Assembly (NCBI GenBank): GCA_012295275.1
Contig: CM022673.1
Coordinates: 27,094,001 to 27,158,000 of the forward strand
Direction: 5' to 3'
Source of the DNA: Chrysomallon squamiferum
Taxonomy: Eukaryota > Animalia > Mollusca
Length of the DNA stretch: 64,000 nt
Shown: one piece after another, positions 29,768 through 43,242 of the stretch
Layout: every line of letters starts with the position of its first letter
How positions within the stretch are numbered: the stretch's first letter is position 1
Notes under the pieces: model-generated
Told to the model about the DNA's origin: nothing
What the model saw: only the letters and a program-made list of their open reading frames with translations
Databases searched by the model: none
Program-made: the position numbers and the translations under genes

Positions 29768-32700
29768 AGTTCATCACAGGCTTTTAACAGCACATAATGA
29801 AACAGTGAGAGCAAATTATCATTAAATGTGTGGCCATGAACTAAAAACATAACCTAGACAGACCAATGATAATTTTTTACCCAGGTAGAATCAATAATTC
29901 ATTTGCAATTACAGTCACTCATAAAATAATTTGCCTATAGTATATAATAAAGTGAATCATGTAGTATATAATAAAGTGAATCATGTAGTATATAATAAAG
30001 TGAATCATGCATTATGTATTGAAATATCAGTTCAATTAAATTTGTCTACACTGGAACTAATGAATCTTGGTAGCCATATTCTGAGAAAAAATGATTATAC
30101 ATTGGCTTTCTCACGCTCCAGATTTACTGGAGTTTATTAACCTCACTGATGAGAAAATCCTCAATCATGTGAATGGTTACCCTTGTACAGAAATAAAATA
30201 TGTTTTTAAAATGAATAAAATGTCTTCTTTATGTATAAGGCATCAGATAAGTTAAATTGCAGGAAATGTTTTTTTTTCTAAGATTTTCAACTGGAAACAT
30301 CTTTGTAGATGAATACATGGTCTATGTTTCTGTGTTTGACACTGCAGAAAGGAATCCACATTAAAACATGTGACTGAAAAATGCAGACTTGCAGTGAAAA
30401 CAAAGAGAGAGACGTAGACAACAATATGTCTTTATGACTTTTTGTGTTATCATGGAGATACCATCACCAAATATCAAAGTTTGAAAGACATTTTAGCCAG
30501 GTCACCACATCAAATATATCACTGTCTTAGAACTTCACAATTTAAACCACATTGGCTATAACAACAAATTAAAAGCAACAATTTTAACAAAGATGTCAAA
30601 AGTATACACTAGTAAAACTGCATGCATTTTATCATTTAAACTGTAACAATCAGTTGAGTTTTAATTATCAAAATTAAAAACAGTACCTCAGCCAAGATTT
30701 AAAATATGTAATTTTCCATCTGTTCAGTAATAGCATCGTAATATTCACAGTTAACTCAATCATTTAAATTAGAAACAAAATGCTAAAGTTTTGTAAAACA
30801 TAGCTACTTATATAAAAACTTTCACTTTCATCACTTTCAGTTAGACCACCATGACAAGAAAGACTAGTGATTTTACCATCTAGAACATAATGACCAGAGC
30901 AACTAATTTATAGACCCTACTTTGACAAAGATATTAAATGGAAACACTGCTGCAAACTGCAAAAAAAGTTTCTGTTTTATCAATAACACCAGGAAAACAA
31001 AGATGATACATATCAATAATTAAAAATTTTTTTTTTTTTTTTTAAAATTTAATAATTAATGACAACATTTTTTTAGGATGCAGATGCAAGATTTTTCATT
31101 TTATCACAAATCAAGTATAATGAGTTAAACTATGTTAATTACAAGAAACTTAGAAAGATTGTAACAATAGCGTTATCTGTATAAGATCAATTACTGAACA
31201 ATCTAAACCACAAGAAATATCTTTTAAAAAAGGTGTCAACCATTACAGAAAGCTTTCTGTTTCATCAGTGATAAGGGCCAATCGGTTCAACAATCTTGAG
31301 TTTCAGGAAAGATGCTGAACAAAGGTGTGAACGTATGTTCAGTTTTAGTGAGGGGAAAACACAAGAGATTGCATGTCACACTGATGTACATTTGGTAAAC
31401 TGATCTCTCTGGGTGATCAGATATGCAGGAGAATGGATGGTTGACGTGATGCAGACTATACAGGTGTGAAATCTGAGGAACAAGAGTACTTTGAAATGAT
31501 CAATTGTTTATAACATTCTACATTGTCACTTAGCTATTCACGCAGCAGGTGATTCAGTGAAAATAGCCGTACAGAAAGATTTTTTCCTATTAAAAACGTA
31601 AATCTAAACTTACGTTTTTTTTTTTTTTTATTTTTATTGTTACTGTTAAACAGATTTGCAACAGTTTGTAATGTTTTTATTTGAAAATAAAAGAATCGAA
31701 ATATGTTACAGTCTATTATTTCATATTTATTATTCAAAGTTCATAACTGTATAACAGAATTTTATATATAAATACATTTTTTGCAAAAAAATAAAAATGT
31801 TGGTTTAATAAAAAAAATATCTACAATGCACAAAATTTGTTGATGACAGGATAAAACTATAATCCCAAACAGAAGTTTGCATGAGAAAAAAAAAAAAAAA
31901 AAAAATGAAAATTTCTGTTTTCTTTATTCTGTTTCTTTTAAATAATAATAATAATAATAAAATACTGAAGTAAATACATACTTTATAATTATCACCTAGA
32001 TTTAAACTGAAAAAAGGAAGGTAGGGTTATTTTAATGAATTGTCTTAATTTAGTTTTATAAAGTAAGAAAAAAAAAATGTTCTCAAAAATAGTAAAGATA
32101 TGACATTTATTTATTATTATTATTATTTTTAAAGTAGCTGTCAGATATTTTTTGTGACTAAGTTGAACTGTTCAGACATTTTAAAAAATTATTTTTTCTC
32201 AGCAGAAATATCAAGAAAACAAAAGAATATTTAGCATGTTTATTTGGCCATTAAATCTGTTGTCCAAACTGCCCAAGGTCAGTGCAAAGGTTATAAAAAT
32301 CTATAGGTGTTATCTTGTTGCATGGTTTCATGCAAACATATAACCAAACAGTGACTATATTACAAATCAATATTATATGAAATTTAGAAAAATTACTGTT
32401 TGGAGATTTTTATTTTTTATAGCTCTTTAGAAAAATTAAATCAGAAGATATGTAATATTAAAAAAAAAAAATTATAATAATAAAAAAATAAATGTAAATC
32501 AATAAAAATATGTAATAATATGCAGGGTTAATCATTATAATCAAATAGGTAAAACATAGGTGATCAGTATATAGCATGTCTACAGTATGAATATATATGT
32601 ATGTAAGTATTGAATATGTGACTGTGTGTCAGTGTGTGTATGTGTGTGTCTGTCTGTGTAATAAATTCAGGCAACTGCCTGGTATTGGTTATTTTTAACA

Positions 32701-34362
32701 GTCATTAATACAAATGCTAGAAATTATTTCATTTATTTTTTATTATTTAGCTGTTTATATTTTTACTGTCGTCATTATACATACATACATACATACATAC
32801 ATATGCACATCAAAAAATCTTTAAAAAGATATCTGATAATATAATATACCATTTGTACAAATTGTCTTAACAAGCTGAGTCTCCTCAACATTCAACTATT
32901 AGTCTACAGTTTATCTGAAAAGAAGTCATGTTCTGAACAGAGAATAGTTAAATGTCCTGTTGCAGATGAAATAATTTTCATTCATAAATTTATAGCTATC
33001 TTACTATAAATATTTAAAAATATATATATTTATTACATTAAAAAAAAAAAAAGAAATAAATGAAATCATAACAGGAATTATTTGTGCAAGAACTGTTACA
33101 CTGTTCACTGCATGGACTAAATGATCATGGAAAGATAAATGACATAATCATCTGAATAGAGATAATGAATAACAGAATAACAATGGATAAACATATGGAA
33201 AAAACCCAGATTAAAACAGAAAAAAAGAAAAGCCCAGGAAATAGTGAAAAACAAATCAAAAGCAAGTTCTGATAATGGTTTATATATATACTTCTTTTTT
33301 TTCTGTTTGTATTTGATGATTATTTAACTTAAATCATTATAATTTTGATGATGCAAGAAACAGCGTACAGTAACAACAGATTCAGACTGAAAAAGAACAA
33401 GATCAATACACTGGAAGTGAATGGAAATCGGAGAGAAGCAAACCGAGTGTGTCTTCAAGTAATTACACGACGAGCAGTAACGTAAATGAGCCAATACTGT
33501 ATCGGAGATGTACTGCAGTTCATTTTTGTTTTTAGTCATAATAACAACAAAAAATATTTAAAAAAAGAATCAATCAATGTAAACTGCACAACATGGTAAA
33601 CAAAGTGGTGCAGTTAATGACTCATTAATGACCAAAAATAATAAGTTGCCAAGCAACAACATAAAAATCGGAGGAGAGGAGAAGGCCGCACTCATGAAGT
33701 AATCAATAATATGGCATTTACATGAATCACAGCCATCAACGAGAGAGAAAGAAGAGGGAAAAAAAACATTCTGTTTTGTACTCATTGTGATTGGAAGTCT
33801 TTAACTCGTGAATGAAAAGAAACCTTTACTAAATGATGGCTGTGGGACATCCAACTCGGCAGTATAGACATTGATGAGCTGGTTAAATGAAGAAATAAAA
33901 TAAATGATAATAGTGTTTGCTAATGTAATAGCCTTTAAGTTTGTGATTTTTTTTTTTTTTTTTTTTTTAAAGAAGGTATTAAAACCTGTAGCAGATACTG
34001 AACCTTCTGATAAAATTAATTTTGTTATGACTGGAAATTATAAAACATTTTGTAGCTTAATTTTAAATAAAAAGCAAACTTAATTTTAATTAATGTGTAC
34101 TATAGATTTTCAGTTTTAACTGTTAAAACTTATTAGATATTATATATATATATATATTAACTAAATTCTGGTAATGGAAGATGGGAGATAAATATGAATT
34201 GATTATTAATATTCTGAGGCAAGAGGTATAGAAAGGTAAATATAATCAAACAAATTAATGTTTTTGACTTTTGTTGTTGTTGGTTTTTTGTTGGTTTTTT
34301 TTTGGGGGATAATACATTTTATTACCTAATCAAATGTTTTCTGTAAGAAAAAATTCTTCTAT

Positions 34363-34443
<81 letters not shown>

Positions 34444-36394
34444 CCCAAACACAAATACCACCCATAGACTCATACAAAAAGCAATGTACCACTGACTACA
34501 ACAATGTAGTCAGAATAACCTAATAAGTCTGTGTTCCTAGAAATATCCAGTAGTACCCTTCAAATAATGAACTTTACAACATGACTAATGACTAATGACT
34601 TGACAGTTTGTAGATCAATGTGAAGGGTAGCCTTTTATAAACGTAATTTTCTAACTTTCATATCAAATGTTTGCAACCAAAAAAACTGCATCAGATCTGT
34701 ATGATGTAGAATTTTGCTTACAAATCATGTGACTTCAACACAGTGTATGATGATCCATGACTGAAAAATTACTTTTTCTGCTCATATTATTTTTTGGATT
34801 TCAAAACTTTTTAGAATTTTGGATATGGGATTTTCAACCTGTATAAGATCTGCTGCTTTTCTGTGATTAGAATGCTATGAATGAAAGGCAGTACTGAAAA
34901 AGCATATTTTTTATATTAATTAATTTATGGATGACATATATATGGTTTGGGGAGGGAGGAAATGGTTCTTTTGAACAGATATACAGCATTATTAATATAT
35001 ATGAATAAAATATACAAATCACAATATTGTTTATAAATATTTAAACAAATATATATATAAATTTAAAGAATTAAAAAATCTGCACACTTTAACTAAGCTG
35101 TGAGACTGTCAATGTCAAATTATTTATTAAAACAACACCTGCAATGCCTATAGTTAGAACCCTCAGTTAATCAATATATTTATTAAAAGGCAACTCCACC
35201 TGACAGTTCAATGCGTAATGACAATTTATCAATCAATGAGTCTGTGCCTCAAGAGTAATCATGTAAAAATTGACCCAGTTTATGGAACTGCATGTAGCAA
35301 AGTCCAGATTTTGGACAGGTCAGGTCAGCCAGGTCGTATAACAAGTATAAACAAATTGTCTCCCTTGAAGAAGGATAACTGTTATCTTTGTGGAGTAGTG
35401 TATTGTTGTAAAAAGGAAACATGGACTTCCTGAGCTTTTGATTTATAAACATATGGGGTTATCTTATGTCAGGATTGTACACACAGTAAGAATGGCAGCC
35501 AACATTTCTTCTCTGATAAGCAATATGAGATATTTTTATGTGTACCTTCCCATAGATAAATTTCAAGCTAATACCACAGCCTTTCGTAAACCAATGGCAG
35601 AGCACTGGTTGGGATTGGAAATAAGGTGTATTACTGGTAGATGGTTTCTATTTGTATGTGTGATCTGTTTATCTACTTAACCACAGTTATAAACAGAAAT
35701 CAAATATTTATTACTAAATTTGCTGCTTCTGCCAATATTCTACCTATCATTTGTATCTACATTTTGTCCTTATACACATGTATATATATATATATATGTA
35801 ACAAATTATTCCATGAAAAAACAGAATTTTCAAAAACATTAATTTATCATCTTAAGTTAATGGAAGTAAAAAAAAAGTACTAAGGTATTCCTTAGGGAAA
35901 ACACTTGGCTTCAGTGAAAATCTAACACGTGTTTATTAATTATTTAAATATAAGTTGTTTTCTTTTCTTCTTTTTTTTCCTTTCTTTTTTATAAATCTAA
36001 TGAGATAATATATTATTAAAAAAGAAAAATAATTTCTTGGTGTTAGCAGCCACTTTCACACAACAGAAAGAAACTTCTCCAATGTTAGAGAGCAAACAAA
36101 ACAAAGAATTTTGTACCTGCGGACAAGAATGCTGGAAGGCTGATAGTCTTTGGGCGTCAAGGGCAGACGATCAATCGGACACTGCTTCTGAATCTTGAGG
36201 TAGTTTTTCAGACACCTAGAACAGTAGGTGTGTCCACACTTGGTGTCCAGTGGGTTGACCAGCGGCTGCAGGCAAATCTGACACATGAGGTCCTCGTCGA
36301 CAGCCTGGTAGTAGTCGTAGAGGTGCGTGCCGTGCAGTTCGTGGAACTGGCCACACGTCTGACATACCGACGAGCCTAGTGGCAGTGACATCAT
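18438..36394 (-). CDS. LNX2: Ligand of Numb protein X (LNX1/LNX2-like) RING + 4 PDZ E3 ubiquitin ligase, whole gene, 12 coding exons, about 606 aa after correcting one 1-nt frameshift
   Basis: Exons 36394-36117, 24902-24810, 23998-23883, 23284-23077, 22590-22461, 22105-22039, 21772-21625, 21046-20873, 20648-20526, 20339-20152, 19468-19310, 18573-18438. It has an N-terminal Zn finger (CQTCGQFH...H), a C3HC4 RING (CQIC...CGH..CSRC...CPID), four PDZ domains ([32 protein letters not shown]) and the C-terminus SWPGTIV typical of LNX1/2. It is likely a co-orthologue of vertebrate LNX1 and LNX2, so the symbol is approximate. Confidence 0.92.
19092..19300. repeat. Degenerate (AAT/AAC)n tract abutting LNX exon 11 donor
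   Basis: Direct inspection. Confidence 0.9.
19310..19468 (-). CDS. LNX2: LNX exon 11 (PDZ4)
   Basis: cag|[53 protein letters not shown]|gtgtg. Confidence 0.92.
19461..19877. repeat. 37-bp minisatellite, 11 copies, includes the LNX exon 11 splice acceptor
   Basis: Unit GACACATTCTGAAAACACAAAACAGACGTTTAGATCT; copies start at 19461, 19498, 19538, 19575, 19612, 19649, 19686, 19723, 19760, 19797, 19834. Confidence 0.97.
20152..20339 (-). CDS. LNX2: LNX exon 10 (end of PDZ3, FVPSWLFWL motif)
   Basis: cag|[26 protein letters not shown]...[14 protein letters not shown]|gtagg. Confidence 0.92.
20526..20648 (-). CDS. LNX2: LNX exon 9 (PDZ3)
   Basis: tag|[41 protein letters not shown]|gttag. Confidence 0.92.
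20873..21046 (-). CDS. LNX2: LNX exon 8 (PDZ2-PDZ3 linker)
   Basis: tag|[23 protein letters not shown]...[13 protein letters not shown]|gtaac. Confidence 0.9.
21178..21390. repeat. Compound tandem duplication in LNX intron 7
   Basis: AAATAAAGACCACCATTATTCTTA and TTAATGGTAACTATTCT each recur three times; TGATCCTGATCAT twice. Confidence 0.8.
21625..21772 (-). CDS. LNX2: LNX exon 7 (PDZ2)
   Basis: cag|[49 protein letters not shown]|gttgg. Confidence 0.93.
22039..22105 (-). CDS. LNX2: LNX exon 6 (start of PDZ2)
   Basis: cag|[23 protein letters not shown]|gtaag. Confidence 0.9.
22461..22590 (-). CDS. LNX2: LNX exon 5 (end of PDZ1)
   Basis: cag|[43 protein letters not shown]|gtaag. Confidence 0.92.
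23077..23284 (-). CDS. LNX2: LNX exon 4 (PDZ1), carries an apparent 1-nt deletion
   Basis: tag|[16 protein letters not shown]...[36 protein letters not shown](fs)DQILE|gtatg. Confidence 0.9.
23883..23998 (-). CDS. LNX2: LNX exon 3 (TRAF-type Zn finger)
   Basis: cag|[39 protein letters not shown]|gtaag. Confidence 0.9.
23995..24444. repeat. 39-bp minisatellite, about 11 copies, includes the LNX exon 3 splice acceptor
   Basis: Unit ACAT(C/G)TGAAGATGATATAAATTTGTAAATTATAATTTCA; copies at 23995, 24034, 24073, 24112, 24174, 24213, 24252, 24291, 24330, 24369, 24409. Confidence 0.95.
24810..24902 (-). CDS. LNX2: LNX exon 2 (post-RING Zn finger)
   Basis: cag|[31 protein letters not shown]|gtcag. 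Confidence 0.93.
25528..25592 (-). CDS. Candidate alternative first coding exon of LNX (RING-less isoform)
   Basis: attATGG context, stop-free [21 protein letters not shown]+AG, donor CAG|GTGATT in phase 2 matching exon 2; no transcript evidence available. Confidence 0.45.
28750..28880 (+). mobile_element. SINE body fragment (same family)
   Basis: GGGAAGATGCATGAAAAAAGATCCCTTGCTGCTGATCAAAAAGAGTAAC. Related degenerate fragments in the opposite orientation lie near 1019-1103, 12150-12235 and 35545-35625. Confidence 0.45.
29938..30009. repeat. 24-bp tandem repeat x3
   Basis: TAGTATATAATAAAGTGAATCATG x3. Confidence 0.9.
34366..34439. repeat. (CA)n microsatellite
   Basis: Direct inspection. Confidence 0.95.
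35545..35625 (-). mobile_element. SINE fragment (same family)
   Basis: TTCCCATAGA...ATACCACAGCCTTTCGTAAACCAATGGCAGAGCACTGGTTGGGATTGGAAATA resembles the reverse complement of the SINE 5' half (recognised from memory). Confidence 0.4.
36117..36394 (-). CDS. LNX2: LNX coding exon 1 (Zn finger + RING)
   Basis: [76 protein letters not shown]...SILVRR; in-frame TAG upstream; donor AG|GTACAA, phase 2. Confidence 0.95.
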
Positions 36395-39300
36395 GTCACA
36401 GTGAGTGGATGACGACAGCTAGCTGTCGCAGTTCAAAACACAAAACAGCATCGTGGTCGTCAGAATATTAATACTTTATAAAAAAAAATATTTCGTAAAC
36501 ATTTTCTTAACTGTCACACCAGTCTGAAAACTTTTCTTGTAGCTGTCTGATATTTGATAAAAAAAAAATCCAAAACAACAAAACAATTTTCTTTTTTTTT
36601 AAATAAAAAATAAATAGAGAAATTTTCTCACAAGAATTCTGCCTTGGTTTGTAAATAATAAACACTTATGTAGAAAACAGATGAAGTAAAGTTTTCCCAC
36701 ATGTCATCTGTTAGAAATTTCTCTAGATACCAACACATAAGCATGACAGCTGGTAAATCCACTAACTACATTTCTGTATCTACAGATCAGAGTTCATCAG
36801 ACTGAAAACCCATTCCACTTTCCTGAAAAGAAAAAACAGAAATATTAAGATACTTTTACATTTTGGACTTCAACTTTTTCATTCTAATTTAGACCATACA
36901 TATTATTAATATTTTGATCATTATATGCAAATCTAAAAGCAACTTCTATAAATAATAACTGAAAATAAGAAGATAACAACACCAATACACTGAATTCACC
37001 TACAATGAAATATATATTTTGTCACTGCTTTTTCAAACATAACAATAAACAGCTCCTTATAAAATATCCAATTACCACTGATAGGAAATGATATTAAAAA
37101 AAAAATAATGAAAAAAATAAAATAAAAATACATTTAAAATTCAATGAAAACTTTAAACACTTTTTAAAACTCGATATCCAGCAGTCTAGTATTATTTTCC
37201 ATAACCTGTATTTTCATATGATTTATATCTTTAGCAGCCCAAAACATCGATAAAAATTTCTCAGTCCTTTATGTTCCAGTCATAAACAAATGACAGTAAA
37301 AACCAAGCTGACTTGCTCAACTGACATAAAATAAAAATGTTTTTTTTCCCCAACAAACTTGAAGCTGATCACATAGCAACTAAGAAATACCACAATCAGA
37401 AACATTTCTAAGCACGCCAAGTTGAGTTTGTGTAAATGACAGGATTCTTTTCCTACTGAGTTCACAAATTTTGGCTTTGCAGAAAACAAACAGCAGCATT
37501 TTTTTGAAAAAGAACAATGACTACTTTTAGAACATCTGCCAAACTCTGCAGGTTTCAAATCACTGACCATCTTCGTCAGTTGAACCTAATAAATAAGGTA
37601 ACATTCCAAAGATAATTTTGATGTCTAATTTTGTGGCTGGTTCAATATCAAATGTTCGCAGTGTTACGACAATCAAATATCACAATTTGTAGCATTTGAT
37701 TTAGAAGTTTACTGAACAAAACTAAATGGACAGTTCCAACAACAACACATGTCACTTTATATGTTTGGTTAGGCAGCTGCAGTGGACACTGAACTTTGCT
37801 AATCTTGATTAAACTGTAATGGACAAACAACGAAATTTACTTTTTATATTTAGAAAACCTTTCAAATATTTTCTCTCTTGGAAGATGTTCAAATTTAAGG
37901 TGACTTTCATACGACATGTGAATTCCTCAGAAGACTTCAAAAGGTACAGAGAATAATGACATCCTTCACTGATTTTTTTTAGATTTTTTTTTTTTTTTTT
38001 TTCTGTTTTTATAAACCAAATCCTACATTTCCGTCTCAAATGTTTTCTATAAAAAGGGATTTGCAATTTCCTGCTATAAAATATGTACAAAAAAAAATGT
38101 CTTTTTATTTCATTTGAATCACATACAGATGCATTCAGTTTATATATGGATCAGTGGATTTTATATTTTAATATGAATATGTAGAAGAATATGCACATTG
38201 TTATATGTGGAGATATGCACATGTCTGTTGTTGTACGTATGTACGTTTATGTATGTCTGTGCCTATATTTGTGCTTCTGTTTATATCTATGTTTATAGTT
38301 ATGTATGTATGTAAATTCACATGCAGGATAACAATTATCAAACAAATCACTTATTAACATGTATCCTGCATTGTGTAATACAACACCTATTTACTAATGA
38401 AAAATATTTACAGCTGTAATGCAAAATGTAGTAAGTGAAATTCACTTGGTGGTATTAACAGCCCTTCAGAAAATTACGTTCTGCAACGGAACAACATTTT
38501 ACAATATTTCCATTACATTTGTCGACCCCAGTGTTAACACAATCAAGAGTTCGTCGCTTATTAAATCTGCTCTCTTCTGTGAAATTGGCAATCAATCAAT
38601 GTAATGTAATAATATAGGCAAAATTCCAACCAATATATTGATAAAAGTTATTTCCAAAACAAATGTAGCTAGCAAATAATATAGCCTTGCAAAGTTACAT
38701 GTGCGTAAATCTGTTTAGATATGTACAGTGTACTGTGCTCTGTCAGTATTACTCTTTTCAAAAGAAAAATGTTTTGTATACAAACACAATTCAGAATAGT
38801 CAGACAGTAATAATGAAAATAAACTTGTAGACATTATTATGACATTTACACATCATGTATTCAGTAATCATGTGTAAAATTATGAGACAAAGTAATGTTT
38901 TTGTTTTTTTCAAATAATTATTGTAATTCCTTGTGTAAACCACAAAATATAAATATTTTAAAAATTCAACCAAGTATCGTTAAATATGACATAAACCGAA
39001 ATATACTTACTTAAAATAACATAAAGAAAAACAAAAGAATGAACAGAAACTTGTTGTTTAAATGCTGCTGGTTTCCTTTAAAGCCCAACTCTGTTGTGAA
39101 GTCGACAACAGTAACTTACTGAGGCCTGGTCACAACACAGGCTACAGTTAATAATTGTCACTGTACCCCGTAACCTGGAGTAAAACCAGTCACCAAACAA
39201 TAAACACAAACACAAGAGGAAATAGCCATGCAAGAAACCTATTAAGGACAGGACGGATAAACAAACAGACAAATGGTTGTAATAAACTGCTGTGAATAAC

Positions 39301-40549
39301 CACACAGCTCCAAAACGCCATTCGTCAGAGAGAGAAGAAAGACAAGGTTTTTACATTTGAATGAATGGGCTTCTTTTACCGATATCATGCCAAATGTTTA
39401 GCATTTCCGCTGGTTACCCTTTTATTAATTCATTCCCATCTAGGACGGTTTGTACACATCTAACAATGCCTCTTAAAAAATATATGAATGGTTAGTCATG
39501 GCTGGAGAAAATCTTACTCTATATCTGTTTTTCTGATAACAGAAATACTTGTAAAAGGAATCTCAAAAGAACTGAAATACATTTCTATACAGAGGGGAAA
39601 AAAATATTTTTGTTACAGATTTTAACATATTAATGGCAGAAATACTTTTTTTTATTGGATTTCCATACAAAATACAACAGTCCACTTATTCAGTACTGTA
39701 TTAGAAAACTTAAAAATCATCTTATTTTTTATATTTCTTCACAAAACAGTAAAATAATTTAAAAATTTGGAGATCTTAAGATAAATATTATAATATTTAA
39801 TAACAAAACAGACTACTACTGAATAAGTTTTATAAATTTAAAAAACCCCATACAAATAAATGTAAAAAATAAACAAAATAAAATATTTAAAATCCATATT
39901 TAGCATTATTTGTATAGCAGAGAAATTTTCTAAATGTGGGAATAAATAATAAAAATTGAAAAAAAAAAAAAAAAAAAAAAAAACAGTTTAATGTTATAAT
40001 TCAACAATGATGGATCTGTTTTTATAAATGAATCAGACATTTATTATTAAATATTATTAAAGAACCATTTAATCTGAAGTAAACATATTTAAATGTTCAT
40101 TTTTGGATATAAAGGCCAATCAAGAAAACAGGCAAATATTACCATCACAGACAGGTTACTATCATTTGAACTGCAGGCAGGTGTATATGTACATGCAACT
40201 GATGTCAAATTCAGTCAGATATTAAAGAAAGTCAAGTTAAACAGCTGACATAGTTTAAGATATAAAACAGGCCAACCACACAGCTATATAATTATACAAA
40301 ACAGTACTCACACTGTGGAAGTCTGAGCAGTTAATACAAAGAGGTATTTACAGTACATACAGACATGAATCAGAGGTTTATTTATCAGCGAACAAAAGCA
40401 TCCACTTTTCCTTTATAAACGTGAGCTTCAGTGGATGCCAGTCAAGTGGTCTAAATGTAACCCGGAACAAACAGTTCAGCAGATGTTAACTATGGAGTAT
40501 ACATGAACAAGCTTGTGATGAAGACAGCCAGGAGAAGATTATACTTGTA

Positions 40550-40744
40550 CACAATAGGTCATCTTTGACGCTGACAAATCAGCCTGGCAATATTTTAAAG
40601 TTATTTGTATGTAAACAAACACATAGAGATGCTGACAAATAAACCTGGCAATATTTTAAAGTTATTTGTATATAAACACACACATAGAGATGCTGACAAA
40701 TAAACCTGGCACATTTTAAAGTTATTTATATATAAACACACATA
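40550..40744. repeat. ~61-bp tandem repeat x3
   Basis: GCTGACAAATAAACCTGGCAATATTTTAAAGTTATTTGTATATAAACACACACATAGAGAT x3 with few changes. Confidence 0.9.
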
Positions 40745-41695
40745 TGCACAAATTAAGACATGAAAACAATCATACAGATATTTTAAAATTTATATCAAAG
40801 TTTTAAAAGTAATCATAAAAACCTGTCAGCTTCTGGATGTAAGCAAAATGGTAAACAATCACCAAATTAAAACCAGTAAATGTTTCCAAAATTAGTACTT
40901 TTTGTGAAACCACACCAAATGTTAAAATAATATGAAGAAAAACTTTTTGTTTTTTAAATTAAATATTTAATAATAAAGTAAAATTATCAATAAGCCATAT
41001 ATCAATTTAAGATCACTAAAATTTTCTGGTTTATAATAAGCAAACTCATGAATTTTACTACTTATTTATCAGTTTTGACAATTAGAATATTTAATTAAAA
41101 AAATAACAAATTAAAAAAAATTAATTAAAAAGAACACTGAAAAGAATAAATGGTAAAGAAAATAAATAAACTTTCCTCTAAAAAAATGGAATAAATTTAA
41201 ATTAAAATACCTTATATTTGTTCAATTTCACAGAACATTCAGTGTCTCTTATCCTACCAAAGTTCTGAATTACTGGCTCAAGATACCAAGTATTATTTTA
41301 TATGAACTATTTTTACTTGACAGATACAATAGCCTGTATTATTTCTTTAAGATATTTACAGTGATGATGGTGAAATGGTCAGCTTTACTTTTAAACTTTT
41401 TCAAATGCAGTCTCTTACTTTAGCTCTCTCAAGTATCTGTGACAACTATGTTACATCAGACTTGAAAATAGAAACCAACACCTCAAGGCGAAATGGGGAA
41501 TTCCAGTCTAAGCTAAACATACAGAACAGGTATTGCATACCTTGATGATTATGGTCTATTTCAAACTTTGAATCAACCAACTGTATGTATATATGTATGT
41601 ATGTATCTATGTATATAATAATAATAATAACAATTATTTTATTGTTATTATTATTATTATTATTTTTTTACCATTATTTTCATCATCATCATCAC

Positions 41696-41729
<34 letters not shown>

Positions 41730-42530
41730 TATGATTCTAGTGAGTTAATGGCTAATTATATAAGGTACTACAGGAGCTTTTCCATAAAACAATATCTTCA
41801 TATTTTAACAATTGTGTAAATTAACACATTTACAGTATAGTGACTATCGTAACTAACATACTGTCTAAAATCTTTTCAAAAAAATGTATTTAAGTCTGTA
41901 TTTTTCTTGTGGAGTAGATACCTGAACAATCCTTAATGCGTAATACAAATTTTTGATTTATTGTTATTTATTGCTTTACCTGACTTTGACTAACCACACA
42001 TAAATTACAATTTTTGACATTAAATCTTGATTGTGTGAAAATATTGCATAACACATTAATACTGTTAGTCATGATTTATGCTTGTAAAGTGTTAATATTT
42101 TATGTGTGTGGGAGAATTACTTTTGAAAATGATTTAACTTTTTCTTTTTAAAATTTTAAGATTTAATTCACTATGGAATGGTATATAAAATTAATTCTGA
42201 ATATGCCGAACCACTGAATGCTAACAGGTTTAATGAAACAAAAGGTTAAAAATATAAAGTTTGCATACATCATGAAAACATTACTAACTTTGTGGTACCT
42301 TTGCATTCCTTTCATTCTTACCCAACTCCCCCATTGACACACTGAAGATTGCTTGAGCACTAGCTAAAGCAGTTAACATTCAACTCAGATTTTGTTTTTA
42401 ATTTAAAAACTATAAAATTATTTTGTTCTCAATTTATTGGGCATGTAAAATACAGAAAAGCTGAAAACTCATTATAAACTGAAATCTGGTTATTATTTTT
42501 GAATTTTTACTTTTAAAATTTTTATTTCTT

Positions 42531-42608
42531 TTTTATTTTATTTTATTTTATTTTATTTTATTTTATTTTATTTTATTTTATTTTATTTTATTTTATTTTA
42601 TTTTATTT
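42531..42608. repeat. (TTTTA)n pentanucleotide microsatellite
   Basis: Direct inspection. Confidence 0.95.
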
Positions 42609-43207
42609 GAGTGTATGTGAATATATATTTTCATCTTTCTAACAGCCTGTCTATCTATCTATTCAGACATGTATTTATATATAAACAATTATATATGGTA
42701 ATACAATAATGCAACTGCTGTGGGAAAAGACACGTGTGTATAACAGCTTTGTATTTACTCACTGAGAATTTCAAACAGGTTCAAAGTATAATAGGAATGC
42801 TGTGTGTTCCCTTGATTAAATATCAGCCTGACATCCTGTTTGCTTTGGTATAGGTCTAAATAGGTGCTTAATGAACTGAGCTTTCACAGCACGATAATCC
42901 ACTCAATGACAGTGTTAATAGACAAGCGAGATTTGCAACATGCATACAGTACACGCACGACAAAGACTTGCACAGTTCATTTACTGTGTCATATTTATAC
43001 ACAAAAACCTAAGTCAGTGTAAGAAAAATGATAAGAATGTTTTGCTCAGCAGCTCCACCCATCCCCTGGGTTATGTTTTAATGGTCTACAGAAAGTATAG
43101 CCATTAAATCACTAAAGTGGATGTAACGATCATGTTCTTAAAAGAAAATTCAGTTCAATCGTGATTTATTAAATAAATATATTAATTTATTTTTTATTTT
43201 TTTCTGA

Positions 43208-43242
<35 letters not shown>

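Noticed and set aside
38321-38372. 10-bp inverted repeat ATGCAGGATA...TATCCTGCAT
   Set aside because: Too short for a miRNA or MITE call, no target duplication, and plausible by chance.
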